Part shown: one piece after another, positions 11,429-23,257 of the stretch
Layout of the letters: each line of letters opens with the position of its first letter
Position numbering within the stretch: the first letter of the stretch is position 1
Origin: Spizellomyces punctatus DAOM BR117
Lineage: Eukaryota
Length of the DNA: 64,000 bases
NCBI GenBank assembly: GCA_000182565.2
Contig: KQ257456.1
Direction: 5' to 3' (one strand)
The notes under the pieces: generated by a model
What the model was told of the DNA's origin: nothing
Databases searched by the model: none
The model's input: only the letters and a program-made list of their open reading frames with translations
Position numbers and translations under genes: made by a program

Positions 11429-14400
11429 TTATGCAACCCGAACTCTCTTCTTCGCCAATATCTCAGGCGAACTCACAAACCCATCATCACTCATGGCTCT
11501 CTCTTGCAAAGACTCAATCGCACCTTCGTTTTCTTTGTTTGTTTCATCTTGCACTTGACCCTCGGAATCAGCGCTAGATCTTTGCACACGCTTTTGATTA
11601 CGGGCAGGTGTTCGCGGCGGTTCGACCCGTCCACGTTTTTGGCCCCGCGTCTGTCGTCCCTCGATGGCCTGTGGTAGCTCAGGGGAGGAGCGATCTTCCT
11701 CCTCGTTACTCAAGCCCTGAATGGGCTTCTTGAGATTTCGGGGTGGTGGTTTGGCTTTCGGAGTCACTTGGTCTTCTTCCTCTGGAGTATTTGCGCGTGA
11801 GCTACGCGTGCTGCCAGCCGACGTACGGGTATGGCGTTTCTTGTAGGTGGCTTTGGGAGTTGTTCGCGGTGTGGCATTCACGTCTTTAGCAGGCGCCTTA
11901 GCGGGTGTTGTCATCAACGGCACGTCGGCTTCTTCTGCTTCGTCGAACTCCTCTTCCTGATCATCTTGTATCACACCTTCTTCGTCTTCCTCTTCATCAA
12001 TCTCCCTGTAGGATGTCTTCCTGGCACTAGTGGAAGCTCTAGTCGACCGGCGCCTAGGAGCAGCTGTAACCGCCTCTTCTTCGTCTTCTTCACCGTCATC
12101 TTCCCTGGCTTTCTTGCGTCGACCACGAGGCGCCTTTTTAGCTTTAGGCGTCGCATCCGAGTCTTTGTCTAATTCGTCACCTTTGTGGGCTTTTGACGCA
12201 CGCTTTTGCCTAGGCTTAGCTGTTGCAGTCTCGGGGGTTCCCTCTGCAATTGCAAATATGCGCTCAGTGTGCTGCGGTGATATAAAACATACAGAAAACC
12301 TACCGCGACTAACAACTGCCTTTGCCTTGCGACCTCGTCGTTTCGTCGACGAGTCACCCTTCTCTAGGGCTTTGACGAAACCCCAGTAACCTTGCCAATC
12401 TTTATCCGACTCGCCTGGCTTGAATCCTTTGGCACGCAACTGCTGAGAAATGTGTTCCACCCTGATAGAAAGGCCATGAAGCACCAGCTGGCATTATCGA
12501 CAGGCTAGACAGCCGATATACTCACACGTCCTCAACGCTTTCAATAATCTCATCGTCTCCATTCATATCATTTCCCCGCTTCAAAGTTCCAAGCTCGTGC
12601 ACAATCTGCTGAACAGTGCCTCCAACAGCACCCCAAACTCTCCAACCTTCATTGATTTCATGTAGTGTCTTACGAACGTCCCGAGGTCGAAGAAGCAGCA
12701 GCTCGTCGTCGCCCACACTGCCGCCATGAATGACAGCCCATTCCTCTACCCGCCGAACCATTTCGTCCCCCCCGCGTTTCAGCAAGTCAAGTAGCGTCTC
12801 GACAACGAGACCATGCACTACTCGAAGCTTCGGCGAAGTTTGAACGATATCGGGCCAGGCTTTAAGGATGTCAATAAGAATCTTTGCTAAACTTAGAGCG
12901 GCATCGATGCCAGATACGTGGGAGCGGAAATAAATATCGCAAGACTTGTTGGAAATCCATTAGCCATTGACCTTGCAACGGAATCTGTACGGCGGTGAGC
13001 TCACCTGCTTCAGCCCCTCAAACACCACCTCAGCAGCCTTTATAGTGACCCTCTTGAACAATTTCAATCGATTTTGCATAGGTTCATCACTCTCTTCGTC
13101 GATGACCTCCTCGGCAGCAACCTTGATTCGCATTCCAATAACATCTTTTACGCATTCCTCCGCTAACCCATCCCAAATGGTTCCAAACATTGAAACGAAA
13201 ATCTTTCCATTTTCGACGGCGTGGATGTAGCGCTCGTCATCACCCACCCCCACATACTTCAAAAGCATCACGGAATACTTTCCGTCGTAAAGCCCATGCA
13301 CTATCAGTCGTCCAAGATCGGCTATCAACTTAGCGACTTCGTGACGTGCTACCTCCGTTTGATCCGCATTCAGTGTACGGATATCGTCATCGCCGGCTTT
13401 TTTCCGGTCGGTAGCAATATCGAGGGATAAAGCATCAACAACTCTCACGAGCACATCCACAGATCCGTCCTGCACATCTTCTGGAGGATGCCGCGCGACC
13501 TCAGGGAACACGACAGCCGCATCTCCATTCAGCATTAAGTACATGTAGGTCAAAACTTTGAACGCGCTCAGTTTGATCCCAATTCGAAACTGAATCCATT
13601 CCCGCTCGTTTTCGACTATGATGGCTTCCGCAATCGGCATAAGACGATCGCATTTTTCTTTGAACACTTTCAAGAATGTTTCCGCTTGTTCCGGTGATAT
13701 ATTTACAGGTTCGGTAGGAACGGCCTCGTGATTATCGATCACTTCTGACTCTGCGGTGGATTCGATGGCGGTGGTGAAAGCCTTCCTGAGTTCCCACGCC
13801 ACATCGAGACACATTACATGCAACGCTGTTTGAATAATATCATCCAAAGCATTCGCAGCTTCATCCGAGGGTAAGCTTCCGTTGGGATCTGATTCATTAG
13901 CGCGAAGGGTTTCTGCCCTATTGGTCACAATCGTCAAGCTTGCGTTCAAAACGCCATTCAGCAGCTCGAAAAGCCCGTTCCACCGCAAATCATCAGCCTT
14001 GATTATCGCACCCAATCCACCCAAATCCAACATATTCCAAAGCTGCCCAAGCCTCCGCAATGCATTACGGAGCGCATATAAGGTGTCCAAATTGACATCA
14101 ACACCGTTCTTGATGCTCTCCTCTATGTCTCTCAGTTTGGTAGCGACCTGGGTGCCGATCACCTCCTCCACGAGCTCTTCGACCTTCTGCTTCGTGGTGA
14201 TGTGCAAACTTGCCACTGAAGCGTCATCTGCTTCCACCGCGTTGGAATTTGTAGCCCGCTGTTGGCGGCCGGACGCCGACACGCTGGGCTCGACCTTCTC
14301 CCTACCCATCAAGTAGCGAAATGTTTGAGCGCATTCCGATAGAATGTCCTCGCTAGAATGCTTGAGGAACGCTTTCCTCAAATCATCAAACAGTGAGTCG

Positions 14401-17193
14401 TAAGCCTGAACAATCGTTCAGTTAACGGGAGACCATCAATCAAAGTAATCGAACGGCTTATTACCTTTAACATCCGCATGTCGAGGTATATCCGAATGTC
14501 GATATGTCTGACCATCATCACGACTTCGACTACACGTCTCTGGCCCGCTCCGGTGTATTCTCCACCATATTTTTTCAATAATTTGGGCAAATGGGTTATC
14601 AAACCACGGCTGACCTCCATCCGCACATCCTCTAGCTTCGCTGTGCCCTTCTTCTTCGAATGATCTGCGGCACTGTGTGCATCAGAAATAATGCGTGCTA
14701 AGACCGCATTCACAACATAGAGAAGACAAGTTTCTTCCTCATCTGTGAGACGAATCGGATTGTAGCTGTTGGCAGCGGAAACCGCTTGCGACGCCCCTTC
14801 GTTTTCGTCAGTAAAATCATGTGCGAGATAGTTGCACATGGTCTGCCAATCTTTCAAGACGCTGATATGACCCCACAGCGCGGAAACCGCTGCTTCTACT
14901 GTTCCAAATCCAATGACACTCTCCACGGGCTTCTCGTCCTTGGAAAGCCACTGAAAGAGCTCTAACCGGTCACATCGTCTTCGCTGTTGTTTGTCTCGAG
15001 CCTCGTCGGAAACATCTTCATCGTCTATATCTTCATCAAGATCCATCGCATTCTGAGATTCCGCAGTGAAGAGTGACTGAGTTTGAGTTTCCCCTAGAGT
15101 CTGGGCTTCGCTCTGACCTTGATCTTGCGCCGCCGTCGCAAGCTTTGCACGTCGCTCGGCATCACGCTTACGGGTTTGCTCGTCGAGAGTTTTTGCAAGA
15201 TGAACCAGCATTTGACAAAGGGCCTTGATTTCCGCCCAACCATTTTGAGCTTCTGTCACATTGGGACGTATTCGACCTGACTTTAGTTCATCCTTCTTCG
15301 GTTCAACATATTCTTCTTTCCAAACATCTTCGGCCAATTTAGAGAGTAAACCCCGCACTTTCGCATCTTCGTCGAATATGAGAGGCAAGACAGAATTACG
15401 ATCGTCATCTTCCAATAGTCCAGCGGATGCCACGAGTGTCACTGCTGTAATTGCCTCAATTCGCACGGCCACTTCCTTCTCGCGGAGTGCCATTTCCAAC
15501 ATACGCGGGCGAAATCGCTCTGTAAAAGCTCGCAGCCCTGATGCCATTGCCTCCACAGCATATAACCGACATAACGACCGAAGAGCCTCCAAACGTACCG
15601 TAGGACTCTGAATGGACGTAAGATTTTTTACTTTGATTAATGCATTTTGCATTGTTCCATTGTTGCCATACCTTATCGGACAACATCCATCCCAGATAGC
15701 GAAGGTATTGGGGATCAAGGTACATATCTGGGAATCTCATTATCCACAGACCAAGCTCTCGAATGCATTCCGTTCGGATAACGGGATCGCTATCTCGATA
15801 CCGATGTACAAACACGCTAACATATCAATCAGCGCTTCCCACATATGAAGATTCCGAGTATGTGCCAGGCCGCTTACCTGTCGAACAAATCATTCATTTG
15901 TGTCTCCAGTTTGACCTTTTTATCATGAAGCGCCTCAACTCGCTGTTCCAACTGTTGCACTTTCTGGTTTTTACGCCCAGAAGAACTCTTTTTTTGTTCT
16001 GTACTCAGCTGTCGGTTAGCCGTCGTCCATTCATTATGGACTTGCTTAGCAATATCACACAGTCCTGTGAGGAGCACCAAGGCGACAGTAGTCGCCGTGT
16101 GACGAAATGGACGGAAGACAGAAGAGCTCATCGCGACTAGCCAAACGACCAGCGCTTCAAGACACCAGCCGTTGTCATCGAATAAGATATTGTGTCGGAT
16201 GCGCGCCATCCATTTTGACCAGAAGTCAGTAAAATTCTTTCGGAATTTGTTTGCTCCTCGACCCCGGCTCTTTGCTATGATAGGGTAATCTTGATGTGTT
16301 TGCTAAATGGGTTAAGAGTAAGTGAAATCGATGGTATCAATTGCTAGTGACGCTCCACACAATGCTTACCGCATCAAATTGCTTTTGGAGTTCTTCCAAT
16401 TGATCAGTGATATTGTCTTGGTCTTCAAATACGGACGCTTCAATGCGCCCGGGACAGCCGGTAGACTAAGATACGCCAAACATTGTAAGGAATCGGTCCT
16501 TGCTGTGATCAACGCAGAGAAAACCTTACCTGAATGAGAAAATTGACCAGATCCATCAGAGCATGCACTTTATCCTCATTATACTCAGCCACCCAATCAG
16601 AGATCTGGCCTTCCATGGCGTTTGCATGATTCATTACGATATCGAACATCGACCCTTCTTCGACGTCAGCATCTTTCGTTATTTTCCGTTTCTTTTGGGC
16701 AGCGGAGGTTCCAGTGACGTTTTTACCGCGTCCTCTTGCTCCCCTAGTAGCCTGTCTTGAGGGTGTACTCTTTGCGCTCTGAGGCTTGCCTCGCCTTCTT
16801 CCAAATGTTTCATCATCATCGTCTGAGCCATCGCTTCCTCCGGATTCATCATCACCTTCCTCCTGTTCCACGTTCTCTTCTGCATCATCAGGCTCTTCGC
16901 TTTCTCGGTTTAAGATCTGGTCGTCAGCTGATTCAAGGTACAATGGTGAATTTGCCTACCATGTCATATCTTAGGCCGTATTAAAGCATACCTTTGTTCT
17001 GGGGCGTGCGCTTGACGCTCGCCACTTTTCTTGCCTTGGGTGTTTCTTGGGACATGTTTTCTGCCCCAGCGGAAATATCTGATCGAGCAGACCTTGTACG
17101 AGTTGAACGCCGCAGCTTCGCCGTGCCCTCCGTCTCAGCTTCGTTTCCGTCATTACGGCTAGTAGAGCCATCATCGACATCCATGGCGTCCAT
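11429..17193 (-). CDS. SCC3: Cohesin subunit Scc3/SA (STAG), multi-exon, with long charged N- and C-terminal tails
   Basis: STAG domain MSSSVFRPFRHTAT and SCD FVHRYRDSDPVIRTECIRELGLW...YLRYLGWMLSDK, FTERFRPRMLEMA. Start MDAMDVDD at 17193. Confidence 0.95.
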
Positions 17194-17880
17194 GTCAGCC
17201 CTGGCGGACAAAAGGTTTAGACTGTAAAAGGTAACAATACGAATGCTTTCTCAGCCTGACAACCCATTGAAAAAAAGTCGTATATAGAATCGTCCAAGAC
17301 CATACGTTCATCATGGCTTGTGTCCACCGACACCCTGTTGTCCCACGCTGTGGTTTCCAACCATTCCCCGCCCCCGAAAACCCGACATTTACCTCGAATG
17401 GCTTCAATGCGGTTTCACTCGTCCTTGGCAGTGAAAAAGGATAGCCGCACTTGCTCGTCTTCTCTGTGTTGAACTCCAGGGAGCCTTAAGGAGAGGACGG
17501 TAGCTGTGTGTTTGCAATCGAATCCCTTGGAATCTTGGCTGCGTTTGTGATGGCAAACTCTGTGGGAAAGAAGGCAATTCGGACGCGGACTTGAGAGCCA
17601 AAAGTCCATTAACCCAATTTTGGATACATGGAATTTGACAGCCGCCTGCACGTGAAAATCAAGCAGCGATGCTTGTAGGTAACAAGACTTGGAGATATCG
17701 GCAAAAGCACCAGATTTGGGAATGGCGGATAGTATCTAGCCTGAACCATACATGTCGTAAACCATTCAAGCATGCCTCACGTCTATACAGATTCTATTCT
17801 GAAGCTATCCGAACGCCATCATACAATAGCCGACCACCATAGAACAGCAAAAAGGTTCCATGTGCTTTGGACCAAATGAT

Positions 17881-18435
17881 CTATCGCCCTGCAGGAACGT
17901 CTCTAGGCTGACTATCGCCATACAGATTGCACTGCTCCGTCACCCACTTGTCCTCTACCAATGTACTCTTCAATCGCCATGGTGTTCTCCCGCTCTCTAA
18001 CGCGGCATCGTCCGGTACCGCGTACATGCTGCCATCGGATGTCCGAACTACGACGCCTTTACATCTGCTCGTGTAAACGGTCCATCCCGCCGCGTTTTCG
18101 TCAGGCAACTGTACAGACACGTCCTCGCTGGTGTCTACTGTCACTGTTCCATAAGCCCCACGTTGGATTTTCAACACCACCCCTTTCGAGCTAATAACTT
18201 CCACGGTCCCCACCACGGTACCAATTGACACGCGCACATTGTCTTTGCATCGCTCTATGGTTACTTGTGCCGCCTTTGCTGGTGCGAGGTCAAAGGTCGT
18301 GTTTGAGCAGTTTGTAATGAAAAAGGGAGTAGCGACAGGGGAGGCAGCTGCGGTGACGGGTGGCAATGAAGTAAGCGAGTCGTACGTTGTGCGCTGCGGG
18401 CGAGAGTTGAGCAGCGTGAAAATGTTGGAAGCCAT
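17881..18435 (-). CDS. Stand-alone CAP C-terminal (CARP beta-helix)-like protein, single exon, about 184 aa
   Basis: Repeating beta-strand pattern FITNCSNTTF / VTIERCKDNVRV / VVGTVEVISSKGV / TVTVDTSEDVSV / VYTSRCKGVVV and terminal LKSTLVEDKWVTE resemble the CAP/Srv2 C-terminal domain. Confidence 0.7.
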   Translation of the reverse strand: MASNIFTLLNSRPQRTTYDSLTSLPPVTAAASPVATPFFITNCSNTTFDLAPAKAAQVTIERCKDNVRVSIGTVVGTVEVISSKGVVLKIQRGAYGTVTVDTSEDVSVQLPDENAAGWTVYTSRCKGVVVRTSDGSMYAVPDDAALESGRTPWRLKSTLVEDKWVTEQCNLYGDSQPRDVPAGR

Positions 18436-18716
18436 GATGACGATGGTTATGCCAAGAGTCAAATGGAAAACTGCAAGATAAACCCAATACTTCACGTGAC
18501 CCAAATAGTATTACGTAACCAATCTGAGACGCGTGTTGAACATGTGACGCTGAATCCGATGACGAACTAATCAGACGGCTTCAAGGGGATCGGGTAGCCT
18601 GGAGGTAACGCCTTTCTGTTTCCAACCCATCATCTGCCCCCAAATCATTTCATCGATTTCTGAACCTCGTAGCACCCATCTGCACTTCAGCAAACACATA
18701 CAGAAGAGAGTCAAGG

Positions 18717-19862
18717 ATGGCCAGGACTGTAGCATTGTGGTTGACAGTGTTGACCTTGTTGGGTATGTAAAAGTAAACATTGCGCCACATTGGCTTGGAC
18801 TGCTCTCACACGAGTCGTTATATTTCAGCCTCCACTTTTGCCAACCCTCTCCCAAAAATAAAGGACCTCCACGCTACGTCGTTGGATCTTTATGCCATCG
18901 ACAATGAGAATGACTATGGCCGTTTCGCTGTTCGTGTGGAACGGGTTGACCAAGTCGTGGATGTAAAGGACGACCAGAAGGACGAGGAGGGAAAATTGTT
19001 GGCCGCCAGGATCCATGATGTTGTTGTTGTTTTTGATGTCGGGCCAAAAGGAGATGTCTTGGTGAATCGCGTTCCTGTCCCCATGGGCATGTCTAACCTC
19101 AAGGTAGCGTTTGAATATAAAATGTCACATTTATTGCAACATGGTACTGACACATGCAATCACTCGCACTAGATTGAAGCTGATGTGGTTACCGGTGTGA
19201 CGGCTGAGGGCGAAAAGTTTACAAAGCAAGAGCTTGCGTCTGCCTTTGACACTGGTCTTATCGGCATGAAGGTTCACGTAGCCGGAGAGACTACGTCTAA
19301 CGGTCAAGTCGAGCTCACTCGCCTTGTCATCACGGAGGAAATCACCGAGGTTAACGGCAAAGAAGTTGTACAGAACAACGCTATTCAGCAGGTCATTGAG
19401 ATTCACCCTGACGGTAGCATTGTGCGCCAGAAGCCTTGTGCTGCGTCTGGAAAAGCCCTTGAGGCGCTTAAGGGTATGTGTTGTCACTTGCCTGATATGC
19501 ATTTATGCGCTGCATTTGCTCAACCTCCTGGTCTCTTTACAGCCGCCCAGCACCACCACGAAAAATCCCGTGGCTGCCTTGGCAAGAAGATTGCCCACTG
19601 GTTCCACAAGCTTCCGTATGTCGCCAAGGTCGCCTTCAGCATCCTCTTTGGTGCATTTTTGGGCGCTACTGCGCTCCTCATCAGTGACTTGGTTCTGCGC
19701 ATCTTTTCTAAGCCTCGCACCTACGTAGTGGTGGACGAACAGTCCCCTTTCATTGCCGCAGTGACCTTTGAACCTGTTGAAGATGACAAATTGCCAATCT
19801 ACACGGCGGAAGGGTACACTGCTGTGGACACTAAAGAGGAGAAGAAGGAGGATTCCCAGTAG
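18717..19862 (+). CDS. Uncharacterised type I membrane protein (signal peptide, beta-rich ectodomain, TM segment, LPxY tail)
   Basis: Spliced N-terminus MARTVALWLTVLTLLASTFANPLP. TM segment VAFSILFGAFLGATALLISDLVL. Tail EDDKLPIYTAEGY. GT-AG introns join the ORFs 18780-19172 and 19185-19862. Confidence 0.75.
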
Positions 19863-20059
19863 ATTAGGCATTGTGTGATTCTATTTTGTTGTACGGCGTA
19901 GGCATTGGGAACCAATACCGCCTTGATATTTGTCTGTATTTGATTGTGAGCAAGTTTTTTCAAAATATTGATTCTATCCAATGCCTCATTGCTATTAAAT
20001 TCCTCTAATGGCCAGCAAATGGCCTACTCAGTTGATCAAGATGATACATGACATTTATG

Positions 20060-22062
20060 TCATAACTCCTTTAATATCGGCACTACATCTTCAGCGCCCC
20101 CTTTTTGCACAGCATTCAATAGTTCGTCGACCTTCTTCACCGCGTCCCATGGATTACTCTTATACTTCATCAAAAATCCCTGAATCTGAGCCATGGACAA
20201 AACCCTATCTGGAATCTTCTTGGCAAAGGCTTCTGCCAATTGCACTAACTCATCGGCTCTCAAGGTTAACATACCCGGAACGGATGGCGGCTCACCATTC
20301 GTGTGCGGGTAGAACTGGATAAAGAGCTCGCGGGCTTGGTACTTGGTTGCTAGGTCAAAGAGGACTTTGAGGTCTACTCGGCCGGGACGAATTAGGGCCT
20401 GCCAATGAACAACATGAGAATGCGCTCGTTGACTTGAATTCCACCAGACCTAACATACCGGATCTAGTTTCTCCAAATGATTGGTGGTCATACATACTAA
20501 CCGGCCCTCCTGTGCTGCAACACCATCAATCGCATTCAGCAACCCCGAAAATGTCACATTCGTTCCGATGGTTGCATTGCCCTGTCCTGCGCCTGTGGTT
20601 GCACCCGTTATGGTACGTGAGACGAATGCGGCATCGATATCTTCCAAGAGGAGGATACAGCGCGGTGGGGTATCGACCATCAGCTCTGTTAAGGCTGGGA
20701 CCACATGCATGTGAGCAAACGCACTGGAGCCGTACAAATTACAAGTTCAAAGATTCCCTACTTTCGTCCGTAAGACCACGATTGGCGAGGCTGATGACAT
20801 AAATGTTAAGCTTGAGCTCTCCTGCCAGTGCTAATAACAAGGCACATTTAGTACGGCCAATATACAGTAAAATGGCCATCAGCGCCTACCAGTCACGAAA
20901 CTAGTTTTCCCTGTCCCAGGCTTCCCATAGAACATGTAGCCTCTCCTGTATGGAATTCCTCGATCGGCATACCATTTTTCACTTGCCAGAAATTCTTTCA
21001 CATCCTTTAGCACCAATTCCTTAATCCCTTCATCGAGCACGATAGTACTCAAATGTCGTATTGGTCTACTCCGTATCCGTCGCCAGTTACCATACTGATC
21101 CGCAGCATATATGACGGTGCGACATCGATCTTTTTCTATAAAGAGCCTTTGAGATTCTCGGACGAGGGATTCCAAAATTTTACGATTCCGGCCCAAGACG
21201 TTGATGGTTATGCGCTCGAGGGAAGCCGTGGGGGCGGCGCCGCCTGCGGGAGGCTTGGCTCGCTCGCGGGAAAGCCAGAGGATGCGCTTATTGAAGGTGA
21301 AGAGGTGTGTCCCTAAAACCCCTGTCATCAAAGGCAGACTGAATGAATTCACTGAACCAACCGCATACCAGGAGAAGGTAAAAAGTATACGCGCGGGAGA
21401 TTTAGATATGCATCTCCCTGCTCACTGTCGCTTTTTTGCCCCGGTTTGATAGAGGTGGTGACGCTGAACCGGGTCGTTCTGATAGAACGCAACTGTAAGC
21501 AAGGCGCTTTCGGGAGTCTTGGGCAAACTCGAATACCTTTGCGACATGGGGTGGTCCGCCAAAAATGATAGAAGCCAGCTATACGCTTCATCGCTAGATT
21601 TTCAGTAATGATTAATCAAGACAACCTCACGTCCGTCACATTAGCATTCACTCACCGACTATCAAACTCGGCGCTTACAATGAGCTGCTTTTGCAAGAAT
21701 TCCCACACGTATCGCCATAGAACGCCAGCACTGGCAATAACAGCACCGAATACAGCAAGTGTCAGGCCTAGCATCCGAATGATAGTCAGCCCAGCCGGAC
21801 CCATAAATGAACTTTGTTGATTACAACCTCCAGTTGCAAATTGATTGCTCTCCACGCCAACCTTCTCAGCAACCATACCCACAATTCCTCCAAGTCCTCT
21901 TGCACCGTCTTCTCCATCTCTGGGCACTAACTCGGTTCCTGGTCCTTGCCCCGTTGATAGTGAGCGAAGAGGAAGAAGGTTCCCCAGCAACAAGGACGCC
22001 GAAACAGGGACAGCGGGAGATTGGCGAAGACATGCTAAGCGTATTCCAAGATGCGATGACAT
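20060..22062 (-). CDS. BCS1: Mitochondrial chaperone BCS1-family AAA ATPase, multi-exon
   Basis: [25 protein letters not shown] (Walker A), LLEDIDAAF (Walker B), [50 protein letters not shown]. Presequence-like N-terminus followed by a TM segment. Confidence 0.92.
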
Positions 22063-22201
22063 GATTCCCCTACATGTATGAACCAGAGTGTATTTCTGTC
22101 TACCAAACACCGTTCTATGCATCTGCCTTCAAACCCCCCAATTTCAAAGGTCGAGAAACGTCAGGATCGGAGCGATCGCGTAATACGCAGGTTAGTCATT
22201 T

Positions 22202-22215
22202 GTTGCCATGGTAAT
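22202..22215. promoter_or_regulatory. RFX X-box-like palindrome in the BCS1/NUUM divergent promoter
   Basis: GTTGCCATGGTAAT versus the consensus GTNRCCATRGNAAC (1 mismatch). Confidence 0.5.
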
Positions 22216-22347
22216 GTAATCCCGGGTCTCGTAATCGTTGGAAGCCACTCACATGACTCGATGACCACAACTTGCTGGTCCAACAGCAAAGTCTGAAGTT
22301 CTGGCTGCCTTTGCAATCAACCCCATCCCATCGACACACAGGCAATT

Positions 22348-23013
22348 ATGGGAGGAGGTGGAAAATACCCTTACCCCAAGTGGGTCTGGTCGTACTATGG
22401 TGCGTAGCATTGAAAAAAACTGACATGGAGGAGTTGTAACGCGTTTTGACTTGTTGTTCTGTTAACTAGGCGGATGGTGGCCGTCGCCAAAGAGGGTAGT
22501 GACGAACTCGTTGATAACAGGCGCTGGAATTGCTGGTCTTTTGACTCTTGTTTGGAACTTTTCGGCGAATCATGAGGTGGGTAGTTGCACAAGATTGCGG
22601 TAACGTGGTGATCCTCGAGTGGATGCTACTTGGGCCGCCTCAAAGGGCTTGCAATGGCTACCAAGACAAACCAAAATGCCGAGCATTTATTTTACCCTCT
22701 TACCAATCTTATCCTCTCTACCCCAGCTTCGACACAGATATCCCGATAGATGGATCCCCTCCATGCTTTGGTCAAGGGAATTCCACGTAAGTTTATTCCC
22801 GTATGGCGTCGTAGTAGTCTGCTTGTAAACAATTCTCTATCAGGACCCTGCTTTCAAAGCCATGTGGGAAGAGCAGCTAGCAAAGGAAGGAAGACAATGG
22901 ATTGAACCCATCCCCGACTGTAAGTTTTTGTAGATTGTCCCAGTTTCGCATACGTAGCGCTGACAGTCAATTCAGGGTGGCCATTCAAGAAGCAGCAAGC
23001 GAAGGATGTGTAG
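22348..23013 (+). CDS. Complex I accessory subunit, NUUM/NDUFC1-like (5 exons; missed by the ORF track)
   Basis: Spliced: MGGGGKYPYPKWVWSYYGGWWPSPKRVVTNSLITGAGIAGLLTLVWNFSANHELRHRYPDRWIPSMLWSREFHDPAFKAMWEEQLAKEGRQWIEPIPDWWPFKKQQAKDV*. All introns are GT-AG and the frame is consistent. Confidence 0.82.
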
Positions 23014-23257
23014 ATACAGAACCCTATGTGTCAGGACTATGGGGGCACTACAAAATAACCTAGAGTTAGGTCATGACAACAATTAACATGGTGATATATC
23101 CTCATTTTTTATTTCAGTGTGCACGTTGTGCTCTTGAGTTTCTTTATCTATACATTAGACTATTTTACACGGGGCGCTCCGCTGGACTCTTCAGAGCATT
23201 GTTCTGGTACTGCTGCTGTCAAACACTAACAACCCGTAGACTCAGCAAAACTTCACT

